The notes under the pieces were generated by a model. It saw only the letters and a list, made by a program, of their open reading frames with translations, was not told the DNA's origin and ran no database searches. From Nanopusillaceae archaeon (GTDB taxonomy: Archaea > Nanobdellota > Nanobdellia > Nanobdellales > Nanobdellaceae), in NCBI GenBank assembly GCA_049973735.1, contig JBMFJL010000002.1, positions 1 to 29,414 of the forward strand: a DNA stretch of 29,414 nt. The letters run 5' to 3'. Every line of letters starts with the position of its first letter. The first letter of the stretch is position 1. Both the position numbers and the translations under genes were made by a program. Of the stretch, positions 17,904-25,887 are shown piece after piece.

Positions 17904-18655
17904 TGAATATTTTAGATTTTATTTACAAATATTTTGTCTATCCTGTAGTAAATTTTCAATATCAATATAATATATACAATACTTTAGTATACGGATTAGT
18001 ATACATAATAGGTTTTCTGATATTTTACGAATTTTTTGTTAAAAGAAAAAAAGTAAAAATAGATAAATATTTTTTGATATCTTTAATAGTTTTAACTTTG
18101 GATTTTTTGTTTATAAGAGTTTTAATGGATTTATCTTATATACAAAAAACCTTCCTTTTGTTAACACCTTTACTAGAGTTTTGGATGATATTGTCATTTC
18201 TATCATATTTTATAATAAAAAATAAAAAATATTATATATATGCATTGTCTATAGTTTTTATACTGGAAGTAATTATTTTTTACAAAAACTTATCTATAAA
18301 TATTTTACCATTTTTCTTACTTATTATATTACTTTCAACAATAATATATTTGTCTATAAATGAAAAATTTTTTATTTTATCTATTTTTGGAGAATTATTT
18401 GAAACAATTTTTTCTATCATATCAATATATCTATATAATTTATCTTCAGAACATGTTTTACTTAATTTTTTAGTTTTTCAGTATAGCAATCCCTTACTAT
18501 TTTATTCTTTAAAAATGTTGCTAACATTTATGATATCTTTATACATAAAATACAAAGTAGAAGAGACCGATCTTAAGAATACATTATATTTATCAATATT
18601 TTATTTGGGTTTTCTACCAGGTTTAAGAGCTGCACTTATTGATATATTAATATGA
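17903..18655 (+). CDS. Polytopic membrane protein (possibly DUF63-like)
   Basis: 250 aa with about 7 hydrophobic segments. The start overlaps the upstream stop (TAATG), and its own stop overlaps the RIO kinase start (ATGA). The N-terminus ILDFIYKYFVYPV...YNIYNTLVYGL resembles DUF63 as I recall it. Confidence 0.5.
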   Translation: MNILDFIYKYFVYPVVNFQYQYNIYNTLVYGLVYIIGFLIFYEFFVKRKKVKIDKYFLISLIVLTLDFLFIRVLMDLSYIQKTFLLLTPLLEFWMILSFLSYFIIKNKKYYIYALSIVFILEVIIFYKNLSINILPFFLLIILLSTIIYLSINEKFFILSIFGELFETIFSIISIYLYNLSSEHVLLNFLVFQYSNPLLFYSLKMLLTFMISLYIKYKVEETDLKNTLYLSIFYLGFLPGLRAALIDILI

Positions 18656-19344
18656 AGTATAGGGAAATTTGGAAAACATATAACAAAGTATTTGATCAAA
18701 CTACCTTAAAATATCTTGACGAATTGTATAATGATAAATATATACAAGATGAAATAATAGTTTTGTCTGAAGGAAAGGAGGCAGTAGTATTTAAATCTGG
18801 AAATTCTGCAATAAAAATATATAAAGTAATGAATAAAAGTTATAAAGAGCAAGTCAAATACCTAAAAGCAGATCCTAGAATAAGAGATTTTCCAAGAACT
18901 ATAATTGGAATAGTATACACTTGGGTAAAAAAAGAATATATGAATCTAAAGAGGATGTATAAAAATTTGGTAAGAGTCCCAGCCCCCTATGTTTTTAAGG
19001 GAAATATTTTAGTTATGGAATACATAGGATATGAAGATGGTACAATACTGCTACATGACTATTATGATTATATAGATGATAAAGAAAAGATGTTTTACAG
19101 TATTCTTGATGAATACAAGAAAATATACAATAAAGCAAAGTTAATACATGGAGACTTTTCAGAATATAACATAATAATATATAAAAATTTGCCATATATT
19201 ATTGATGTTTCGCAGGCAATACCAATAAATTCAAGTTATTCCGAAGAATATCTTGAGAGGGATATAAAAAACATATATAATATATCCAAAAAGCTCAATG
19301 TTAAAATAGATATAGAGGATATAAGGAACTATATTTTAGGTTAA
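18652..19344 (+). CDS. rio1: RIO-type serine protein kinase (Rio1-like, no N-terminal wHTH)
   Basis: 230 aa. LSEGKEAVVFKS (ATP loop), LVMEYIG hinge, catalytic HGDFSEYNIII, and IIDVSQAI metal-binding motif. Confidence 0.8.
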   Translation: MKYREIWKTYNKVFDQTTLKYLDELYNDKYIQDEIIVLSEGKEAVVFKSGNSAIKIYKVMNKSYKEQVKYLKADPRIRDFPRTIIGIVYTWVKKEYMNLKRMYKNLVRVPAPYVFKGNILVMEYIGYEDGTILLHDYYDYIDDKEKMFYSILDEYKKIYNKAKLIHGDFSEYNIIIYKNLPYIIDVSQAIPINSSYSEEYLERDIKNIYNISKKLNVKIDIEDIRNYILG

Positions 19345-19349
19345 AAATC

Positions 19350-19355
19350 TTTTTT
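19350..19355 (+). terminator. Oligo-T tract after the RIO kinase stop
   Basis: TAA aaatc TTTTTT. The next gene starts 17 nt later. Confidence 0.2.
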
Positions 19356-19371
19356 ATAATTTGATATAAAA

Positions 19372-20457
19372 ATGGATATTAAAGAATTGGAGTTGAATAT
19401 GCTTATTGAAGAATTAGAACAATATACTGGTAGAGCTACAGAACTAATCTCTTATTATATACCAGCAGGATATGATTTAGCTAAAATTATGGATCATTTA
19501 AATTATGAATATTCAACAGCACAGAACATAAAGGATAAAAATACAAGACAGCATGTAATGGATGCCCTAGCAAAAATAATTAACTATTTAAAAGGATTGA
19601 AGAAAGTTCCAGAAAATGGTTTAGTTATATTCTGTGGAAATATTTCAAACAGACCTGGTGATGTTGATATAAGACTCTGGGCAATAGAACCGCCCGAAAA
19701 ATTAAATATGAGATTATATAGATGTGATTCTAAATTTGTTCTTGATCCGTTAAAGGAACTAATAGCTCCGAAACAGATTTATGGATTGATTGTTTTAGAT
19801 AGGGGAGAGGCAACTATAGGAATGTTAAAGGGAAACAATTTAATAATATTAGAGAATAAAGAGTCTTGGGTTCCTGGAAAAATGAGAGCAGGAGGACAGT
19901 CTGCAGTAAGATTTCAAAGATTGATCGAACAAGATGTGCATTCATGGTTAAAGTATTTGGCAGATGAAATTAGATATTATTTTGAAAAAGACTTAAATAA
20001 ATTGGCAGGCATAATAGTAGGCGGACCTGGTTTATTAAAAGAACAATTTGTAAATGGAGATTATCTACCATATCATATAAAACAAAAGATTTTAGGGGTA
20101 TTTGATACTGCATATTCAAATGAGCACGGATTAAAAGAATTGGTGGATAGAGCTAAAGATCTATTAGAAAAAACAGAATATATCAGAGAAATAGAGTTAA
20201 TTAGATTGTTTATGGAGCATTTAGCAAAAGGTACAGGTTTAGTTGTATATGGTTTTGAAGATGTAAAAAGAGCACTAGAATTGGGCGCAGTAGATACAAT
20301 TTTGATATCTGAAGATTATAAAGATAAATTAAAGGATATATTAGATCTAATAAAACAAACAGATGCAAAGGTAGAAGTAATATCAAAGAATCATCAAGAA
20401 GGGGAACAATTTTCCAATTTTAAAATTGGTGCAATATTAAGATTTAAGATAGAATGA
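19372..20457 (+). CDS. prf1: Peptide chain release factor aRF1 (compact form)
   Basis: 361 aa. GRATELISYYIP, NIKD (the NIKS position), YRCDSKF (YxCxxxF), GGQ in KMRAGGQSAVRFQRL, C-terminal GAILRF. Confidence 0.9.
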   Translation: MDIKELELNMLIEELEQYTGRATELISYYIPAGYDLAKIMDHLNYEYSTAQNIKDKNTRQHVMDALAKIINYLKGLKKVPENGLVIFCGNISNRPGDVDIRLWAIEPPEKLNMRLYRCDSKFVLDPLKELIAPKQIYGLIVLDRGEATIGMLKGNNLIILENKESWVPGKMRAGGQSAVRFQRLIEQDVHSWLKYLADEIRYYFEKDLNKLAGIIVGGPGLLKEQFVNGDYLPYHIKQKILGVFDTAYSNEHGLKELVDRAKDLLEKTEYIREIELIRLFMEHLAKGTGLVVYGFEDVKRALELGAVDTILISEDYKDKLKDILDLIKQTDAKVEVISKNHQEGEQFSNFKIGAILRFKIE

Positions 20458-21734
20458 TGTTTGAAGATATATTAGAGCTAATAAAACCAGATGAAAAGGA
20501 AAGAAGAAAAGCATATAGCACAATTGAAGAATTTTATCAAATATTAAAGGAAAATGGTCTAGAACCTTTTTTAGGTGGATCATTTGCGAAAGATACCTGG
20601 TTGAGAGGAGATTTTGATATAGATACATTTGTATTATTTGAAAAAGATGAAAAAATGTCTGAAAAAATAGAGAATGTATTGAAAAAGGAAAAATTAGATT
20701 ATATAAAAATTAGAGGATCTAGAGACTATTTCAGGGTAAATTATAAAGATTACATATTTGAGTTAGTACCTGTTCTGAAAATTAAAGATATAAATGAAGC
20801 TAAAAATATAACTGATTTATCTCCATTTCATGTAAAATATGTAAAAGAAAAAATAGAGAAAACTAATTTAAACGATGAAATAAGGTTGGCAAAAGCATTT
20901 ATGAAAAATATTAATGTATATGGAGCAGAATCTTATATAAATGGTTTTTCTGGTTATGCAGTGGAATTACTTGTAATATATTATGGTTCATTTATTAATT
21001 TGATAGAAAATGCTTCAAAATGGAAACCGAAAGTAATAATAGATATAGAAAGATATTATAAAAATTTTGAAGAAATAAAGAATAATCTCTCAAAGGATAA
21101 ATTAAAATCTCCGATAATAATAATAGATCCGATAAATAAATATAGAAATGTTGGAGCTTCGGTATCTATACAAAAGTTTTCAGAATTTATATATTATTCA
21201 AGATTATTTTTGAATGATGTAGATAAAAAGAAATATTTTTTAACGAAAATCTATAAAAGTAAAGAAGAAATAGATAATTTAGCTAATAAGTACGGAGTGA
21301 ATATTTTATATTTACAAATAGAAGGGAATTCAAACAATAAAGATATAAAAAATACAAAGGCCTTAGTTTTGTTTAATTTTATAAAAAGAAATATAAGTTT
21401 ATTTGGATTCAAAATATTTAATAATTATTTCTATTTTGAGAATGATAAGCTTATAGGTTATATAATGTACTATCCGAAGAAATTACCAGAGTATGAAGTA
21501 AGAGAGGGTCCATTAATCTGGAATAGCGAAGATTTTAACAGATTCTATGAAAAACATAAGGGAGAAGAATTGTTTATAAGAAATTCTAGGATATATGCTA
21601 TAACAAAAAGAAAAGTAAATGATATAGATAGTGTGATAAAACATATATTGGATAATTACAAAAACAATATAAAAGAAAAAGCAAAATATTTATTAATTGA
21701 AACAGAAAATAATAAATTTGAAATGAAGTTTTGA
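20454..21734 (+). CDS. cca: CCA-adding enzyme (archaeal class I tRNA nucleotidyltransferase)
   Basis: 426 aa. GGSFAKDTWLRGDFDIDTFV catalytic motif, LSPFHVKYV, RLAKAFMK. The start overlaps the aRF1 stop. Confidence 0.85.
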   Translation: MMFEDILELIKPDEKERRKAYSTIEEFYQILKENGLEPFLGGSFAKDTWLRGDFDIDTFVLFEKDEKMSEKIENVLKKEKLDYIKIRGSRDYFRVNYKDYIFELVPVLKIKDINEAKNITDLSPFHVKYVKEKIEKTNLNDEIRLAKAFMKNINVYGAESYINGFSGYAVELLVIYYGSFINLIENASKWKPKVIIDIERYYKNFEEIKNNLSKDKLKSPIIIIDPINKYRNVGASVSIQKFSEFIYYSRLFLNDVDKKKYFLTKIYKSKEEIDNLANKYGVNILYLQIEGNSNNKDIKNTKALVLFNFIKRNISLFGFKIFNNYFYFENDKLIGYIMYYPKKLPEYEVREGPLIWNSEDFNRFYEKHKGEELFIRNSRIYAITKRKVNDIDSVIKHILDNYKNNIKEKAKYLLIETENNKFEMKF

Positions 21735-21790
21735 AGTTATTTCAAGATAATTTAATTTTTAAAGATAATATAAAAGAATTTAAATTAGGG

Positions 21791-22492
21791 ATGAGCAAGC
21801 TATCTACTGGTATATATCCTATAGATAAGATGCTGGATGGGGGTATAGAGACAGATATAATTACTTCATTTTATGGTCCATCTGCATCTGGTAAAACCAA
21901 TATTGCATTAATAACCACTTATAATGTAACAAGATTAAATAAAAAAGTTATATTTATAGATACGGAAGGAGGATTTTCTTTTGAGAGATTGAAGCAAATA
22001 TCTAAAGAGGAATTCGAAAATTCTCTTAGAAATATATTATTATACAAACCAATGAGTTTTTTAGAACAGAAAAAAGCTATATTTTTGGCATATGAGAAGG
22101 TAAAGGAAAATCCGGATAGTATAGGTCTTGTAGTAGTAGATTCGATATCTATGCTATATAGATTGGAAAAGGGTGATGAAAATGTGAATGAAGTCAATAT
22201 GGAGTTGGCTAAACAATTACAAATACTCTCAGAAATTGCTAGAAAATATAATATACCGGTTTTGGTAACAAATCAGGTATATTCTTTAATTGAAGAAAAA
22301 AACAAAATAGGTATTGTTGGGGGCGATTTAATAAAATATTGGTCTAAATGTTTGATAGAGCTAAAAGTTTATGATAATGGAGTAAGAGAAGCTATATTGA
22401 GAAAACATAGATACCTTCCAGAAGGAATATCTGTGAAATTTAAAATAGTAAATGACGGAATAATAGAATATAAAGAAATAGATAAAATATAA
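21791..22492 (+). CDS. radB: DNA repair and recombination protein RadB
   Basis: LSTGIYPIDKMLDGGIE, Walker A GPSASGKTN, IDTEGGFSFERL, Walker B LVVVDSI, NIPVLVTNQV. No N-terminal HhH domain, so RadB rather than RadA. I prefer ATG 21791 over the track's TTG at 21731. Confidence 0.85.
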   Translation: MSKLSTGIYPIDKMLDGGIETDIITSFYGPSASGKTNIALITTYNVTRLNKKVIFIDTEGGFSFERLKQISKEEFENSLRNILLYKPMSFLEQKKAIFLAYEKVKENPDSIGLVVVDSISMLYRLEKGDENVNEVNMELAKQLQILSEIARKYNIPVLVTNQVYSLIEEKNKIGIVGGDLIKYWSKCLIELKVYDNGVREAILRKHRYLPEGISVKFKIVNDGIIEYKEIDKI

Positions 22493-22496
22493 AAAA

Positions 22497-22901
22497 TTAT
22501 TTAAAATTTTTTAATACATCAGAGGCCTCTTCTTCTGTAAGTTTGTGTGTGGTCCAATTAAATAGTTTGGAAAATCCATTTTCTTCGTACTGTGGTATTA
22601 TATGTATATGTGCATGAAATATTGTTTGTCCAGCATTCTTACCATTGTTTATTATAATATTATAATCTTTTGAAACCTTTTCTTCATATATCTTTAAGAA
22701 TTTTTCAAAACTTAGGAAGAAATTTTTGCTGTATGATTCATCCATTTTTGATATTCGCTCAAAATGTTTCTTTGGTATAAACAATGTATGACCTTTGTTT
22801 ACAGGGTTTATATCTAATATTGCTATCGCATATTCATCTTCATATAATACATAGGCCTTTATTTCTTTTTTTATAATTTTGCAAAATACACAGTTATCCA
22901 T
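22497..22901 (-). CDS. HIT (histidine triad) family nucleotide hydrolase
   Basis: 134 aa. CVFCKI N-terminus and the HAHIHIIP histidine triad. Confidence 0.85.
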   Translation of the reverse strand: MDNCVFCKIIKKEIKAYVLYEDEYAIAILDINPVNKGHTLFIPKKHFERISKMDESYSKNFFLSFEKFLKIYEEKVSKDYNIIINNGKNAGQTIFHAHIHIIPQYEENGFSKLFNWTTHKLTEEEASDVLKNFK

Positions 22902-24048
22902 TTATAGTTAATTTATCCAAAACTTTTTTAATATCTTCACTATCTGCAACATACTTAAAATTGCTGAATACAAGTGCTTTGAGGTTTCTTTTTTCTTCTT
23001 CCCTAATATTATTTATGAAATCTTTTATTTCCTTTTCAAGTTCTTCTAAATTTCTTCTATGCAATCTTTTTTCATTTATTATATCCTCAATACTCTTTTT
23101 TTCTTTAATATAATAGTAATATATTATAGGAACAGCATTTTTTACAATTTTTTTATCTTTTAGATATCTAACTATATTATATATGAAATTTATATCAAAA
23201 TCTTCTATTTTTTCTTTGAATATTGATGATACATCTCCCAACAATTGAAAGAACAAATAATAGACTGTGTTTGGATCAATTTCTAAAGATAATTTTATTA
23301 TATCATAAATATATTCATTCCAAATTATATTTTCTATTTGCTTATCATTATAGCCAATTTTTTTTAAAAGATCTCGCATAAAAGATGGATCTATAGAATT
23401 TAATACTTCTTTTCCTTCTTTATATAACCTTAAAAATGTATCATAATCATTATTTTTAACATTATAGATTTCATATTTGTAATTTATATTACCATAGGAA
23501 ATGTCATAAATAATTATATCATATTTTTCGCCCTCTATAATATTTCTATTTATGAATATATATGGATGATCCGTTTCCGGGTACATTCTTTCGGATCCTG
23601 GTTGGGGTCTAAGAAATGTTGTGGTCCCGTCATCATTAGCTTGTCTGGTATCCTTTGGTACACCTCTTATAAATTCGTTAATTCTGTGGATTATCAATCT
23701 AAAAACCTTTTTTGCAGTATCAATATCTGGAGACATCAATAAAATATATCCATCATTTTCACTACAATTTAATATTTCCTTAACTTTTTTTACTTCTTCT
23801 TCGCTAATTCCATAACCAGGTAATTCATCCGAATGCAATATACCTTTAAGACCAAATCTTTTTGCTACATCGGCAAGTTCTGTTCCAATCCTTCTATTTG
23901 GCATTATTTCATAACCTATTAAACCTTTCAATTTTTCTAACTTTATTCCATATACCTTATATCCTTTTTCTAGTGCTAATCTAACTAAATTAGATTTTGT
24001 ATTGTTAAATATGTTTGTTAGATCATATATTTTTGTCTTATATATCAT
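22894..24048 (-). CDS. gatE: Glu-tRNA(Gln) amidotransferase subunit E, C-terminal portion only (GAD/AspRS-like insertion domain onward)
   Basis: 384 aa. RRIGTELADVAKRFGLKGILHSDELPGYGISEEEV, then GVPKDTRQANDDGTTTFLRPQPGSERMYPETDHP, then a helical tail. These motifs lie in the middle and C-terminal part of the roughly 620-aa GatE. The N-terminal cradle domain is not encoded upstream; only 30 nt separate this gene from tfe. Confidence 0.7.
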   Translation of the reverse strand: MIYKTKIYDLTNIFNNTKSNLVRLALEKGYKVYGIKLEKLKGLIGYEIMPNRRIGTELADVAKRFGLKGILHSDELPGYGISEEEVKKVKEILNCSENDGYILLMSPDIDTAKKVFRLIIHRINEFIRGVPKDTRQANDDGTTTFLRPQPGSERMYPETDHPYIFINRNIIEGEKYDIIIYDISYGNINYKYEIYNVKNNDYDTFLRLYKEGKEVLNSIDPSFMRDLLKKIGYNDKQIENIIWNEYIYDIIKLSLEIDPNTVYYLFFQLLGDVSSIFKEKIEDFDINFIYNIVRYLKDKKIVKNAVPIIYYYYIKEKKSIEDIINEKRLHRRNLEELEKEIKDFINNIREEEKRNLKALVFSNFKYVADSEDIKKVLDKLTING

Positions 24049-24078
24049 AAATTAAAAATATAAAAAATGTTAAAAAAT

Positions 24079-24588
24079 TTATTTTTCTTTTGCCTTTGCA
24101 ACTCTTTTCTTTTCTTCTGTTTTTACATATTTATCATATAAGGCCTTTAAGTTTTCCAATCTGTTGAGTAATTCTGCATATCTGAAGTTTTCTCTTTCTT
24201 TTAATACTGAACCACATTCTTTACATTTAAATAAATTTTCATATGCTTCTTCATGGTAATAACCTATACCACATTCTTCACAATAATATATCGTTTTTGG
24301 AGTATTGTTTAACTCTTTCTCAACATTATTTATTTCATCTTTCAATATTTTTTCAAAGAATTTCTTCTTATCAGGTATTTTATTTCCCCATCTAAAGTCA
24401 AATTTTCCATTATTATTTATTATATTTAGTGGATATATTATTCCTTTTTCTTCTAATATATATAGTAGTTTTCTTATTTCCTCTTCTTTGATCTTCAATT
24501 CTCTTCTTACTTCTTTTTCTGTAAATTCTTTTTTATCAGCTATATACTCCAATATTCTAAGGTTGTTTTCATTTAAGATGTAAACCAT
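24079..24588 (-). CDS. tfe: Transcription factor E (TFE alpha)
   Basis: Winged-helix N-terminus (RILEYIADKKEFTEKEVRRELKIKEEEIRKLLYILEEKGII) plus zinc ribbon YYCEECG...FKCKECG. Start set at Met12 of the track ORF. Confidence 0.75.
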   Translation of the reverse strand: MVYILNENNLRILEYIADKKEFTEKEVRRELKIKEEEIRKLLYILEEKGIIYPLNIINNNGKFDFRWGNKIPDKKKFFEKILKDEINNVEKELNNTPKTIYYCEECGIGYYHEEAYENLFKCKECGSVLKERENFRYAELLNRLENLKALYDKYVKTEEKKRVAKAKEK

Positions 24589-24627
24589 AAATATATAAAA
24601 TTTGTCGGTATTTATAAGCATTATTTG

Positions 24628-24710
24628 TTAACATCATGTTAAAAAGATATTACTCAACATTAAATATTATACATACCTATTACCATATATAAATTTAACG
24701 TTCGTTAAAT
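24628..24710. promoter_or_regulatory. Two TTAAC-core palindromes in the tfe upstream region
   Basis: TTAACAT-c-ATGTTAA at 24628-24642, ATTTAACG-tt-CGTTAAAT at 24693-24710, and a further TTAACG at 24716-24721. All lie in the longest non-coding stretch of the window (24589-24726). Confidence 0.3.
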
Positions 24711-24726
24711 AATGATTAACGCCGTA

Positions 24727-25455
24727 TTAATAGATAAATTTTAAAAAGTTTTCTGTTATCTGTTCATATAACTTATCTAGAGAAATATTCTTTATTTCCG
24801 CAACTCTCTTATACAGGTCAAGAAGCATTTCTGGATGTAAAATTATATTTTTATATCTATATGGCCCGTCAGATTCTAGTAAAATGTTTTTAATATTTGT
24901 TATTTCAATATATTTTTCATATTTTTTGTTAATTAAAGTAGCTACGTTTATTCCAATAAAGTATCCTTTATCCTGTATTTCTTCTAATAATTTTTCATCC
25001 CCACTGTACCAATGAAAATATGCCTTTTTAATATCATATTTTATTAATAAATCGAAAACCTCCCTTTGTGCTTCTGGGCTATGCAGGTTGACAGATAAAT
25101 CATATTCTTTTGCCAATTCCAAAAATTTTTTAAAAATATCTACCTGTTTTTCAAAAGTCTCTGGTTTAAATTTTTTGTCTAATCCTATTTCACCTAAAAC
25201 TCCTATTTTTTCCTTATCTATAATATCTCTAATAGTTTCTATAGATTTCTCATTAAATTTTTCTACATTCCATGGATGTATACCTACTGCAGGTATAACA
25301 TTTTCATTTAGTTTACTAATCGTAAGATTTTTTATTGAGGACTCAAGATCTTCAGATACTGATAATATTACTAAGTTTTCATATTTATTTAAAATTCTCC
25401 TAGCTTCTAATTGACTAAAATTATAAAAATGACAGTGACTATCTATTATTTTCAT
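24727..25455 (-). CDS. tatD: TatD-family metal-dependent hydrolase/DNase (paralogue 2)
   Basis: 242 aa. MKIIDSHCHF, GEIGLDK, NLHS, and ESDGPY near the C-terminus. Confidence 0.8.
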   Translation of the reverse strand: MKIIDSHCHFYNFSQLEARRILNKYENLVILSVSEDLESSIKNLTISKLNENVIPAVGIHPWNVEKFNEKSIETIRDIIDKEKIGVLGEIGLDKKFKPETFEKQVDIFKKFLELAKEYDLSVNLHSPEAQREVFDLLIKYDIKKAYFHWYSGDEKLLEEIQDKGYFIGINVATLINKKYEKYIEITNIKNILLESDGPYRYKNIILHPEMLLDLYKRVAEIKNISLDKLYEQITENFLKFIY

Positions 25456-25856
25456 TGTGTTATATTCAATAATTGGTTTTTATATATTATATTTTTTACA
25501 GAACAGTTTTCATTTAATATTATTAGGCTATTAACATTTCCACACAAGTTTTTATTTTCTTTAGATATTTGACATCCCCAATCAAGATCTCCAATATAAT
25601 AATTTAAATAAGATTGCCAATCATTATAAAATATTGATTGAGGAGAAGTCAAACAACCCTCTGTTAAATTAATAGACAAATTATACTTTGCATAGTAGCA
25701 TATGGATTGACAGTAACCAGATACTTGAGAAATTTTATATAATTCGCTTTGGTTTATATTTGAATTACCTCTACTTATAGAATAAAAGTAAGGGGCTAAG
25801 AAGCCAGCTATAAATAACAATCCTATCACAAGACCGAAAGCTTTCCTTTTTTCCAT
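25452..25856 (-). CDS. Cys-rich secreted/anchored protein with class III (prepilin-like) signal peptide candidate
   Basis: 134 aa. MEKRKA followed by FGLVIGLLFIAGFLAPYF (K at -2, A at -1, then a hydrophobic helix). The ectodomain has 7 Cys and about 5 N-x-S/T sequons. Its stop overlaps the tatD start (ATGA). Confidence 0.5.
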   Translation of the reverse strand: MEKRKAFGLVIGLLFIAGFLAPYFYSISRGNSNINQSELYKISQVSGYCQSICYYAKYNLSINLTEGCLTSPQSIFYNDWQSYLNYYIGDLDWGCQISKENKNLCGNVNSLIILNENCSVKNIIYKNQLLNITQ

Positions 25857-25887
25857 AAACAGAAATTATATAAAATGATTAAAAAAC

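Noticed and set aside
19372-20457. Stop-codon reassignment suggested by the NIKD variant in aRF1
   Set aside because: TAA, TGA and TAG each terminate conserved genes at the expected lengths in this window, and no conserved gene shows an in-frame stop.
21731-21790. TTG-initiated 20-codon extension of radB
   Set aside because: The conserved RadB sequence starts at MSKLSTG (ATG 21791), and the extension has no counterpart in RadB proteins as I know them. It cannot be excluded without an alignment.
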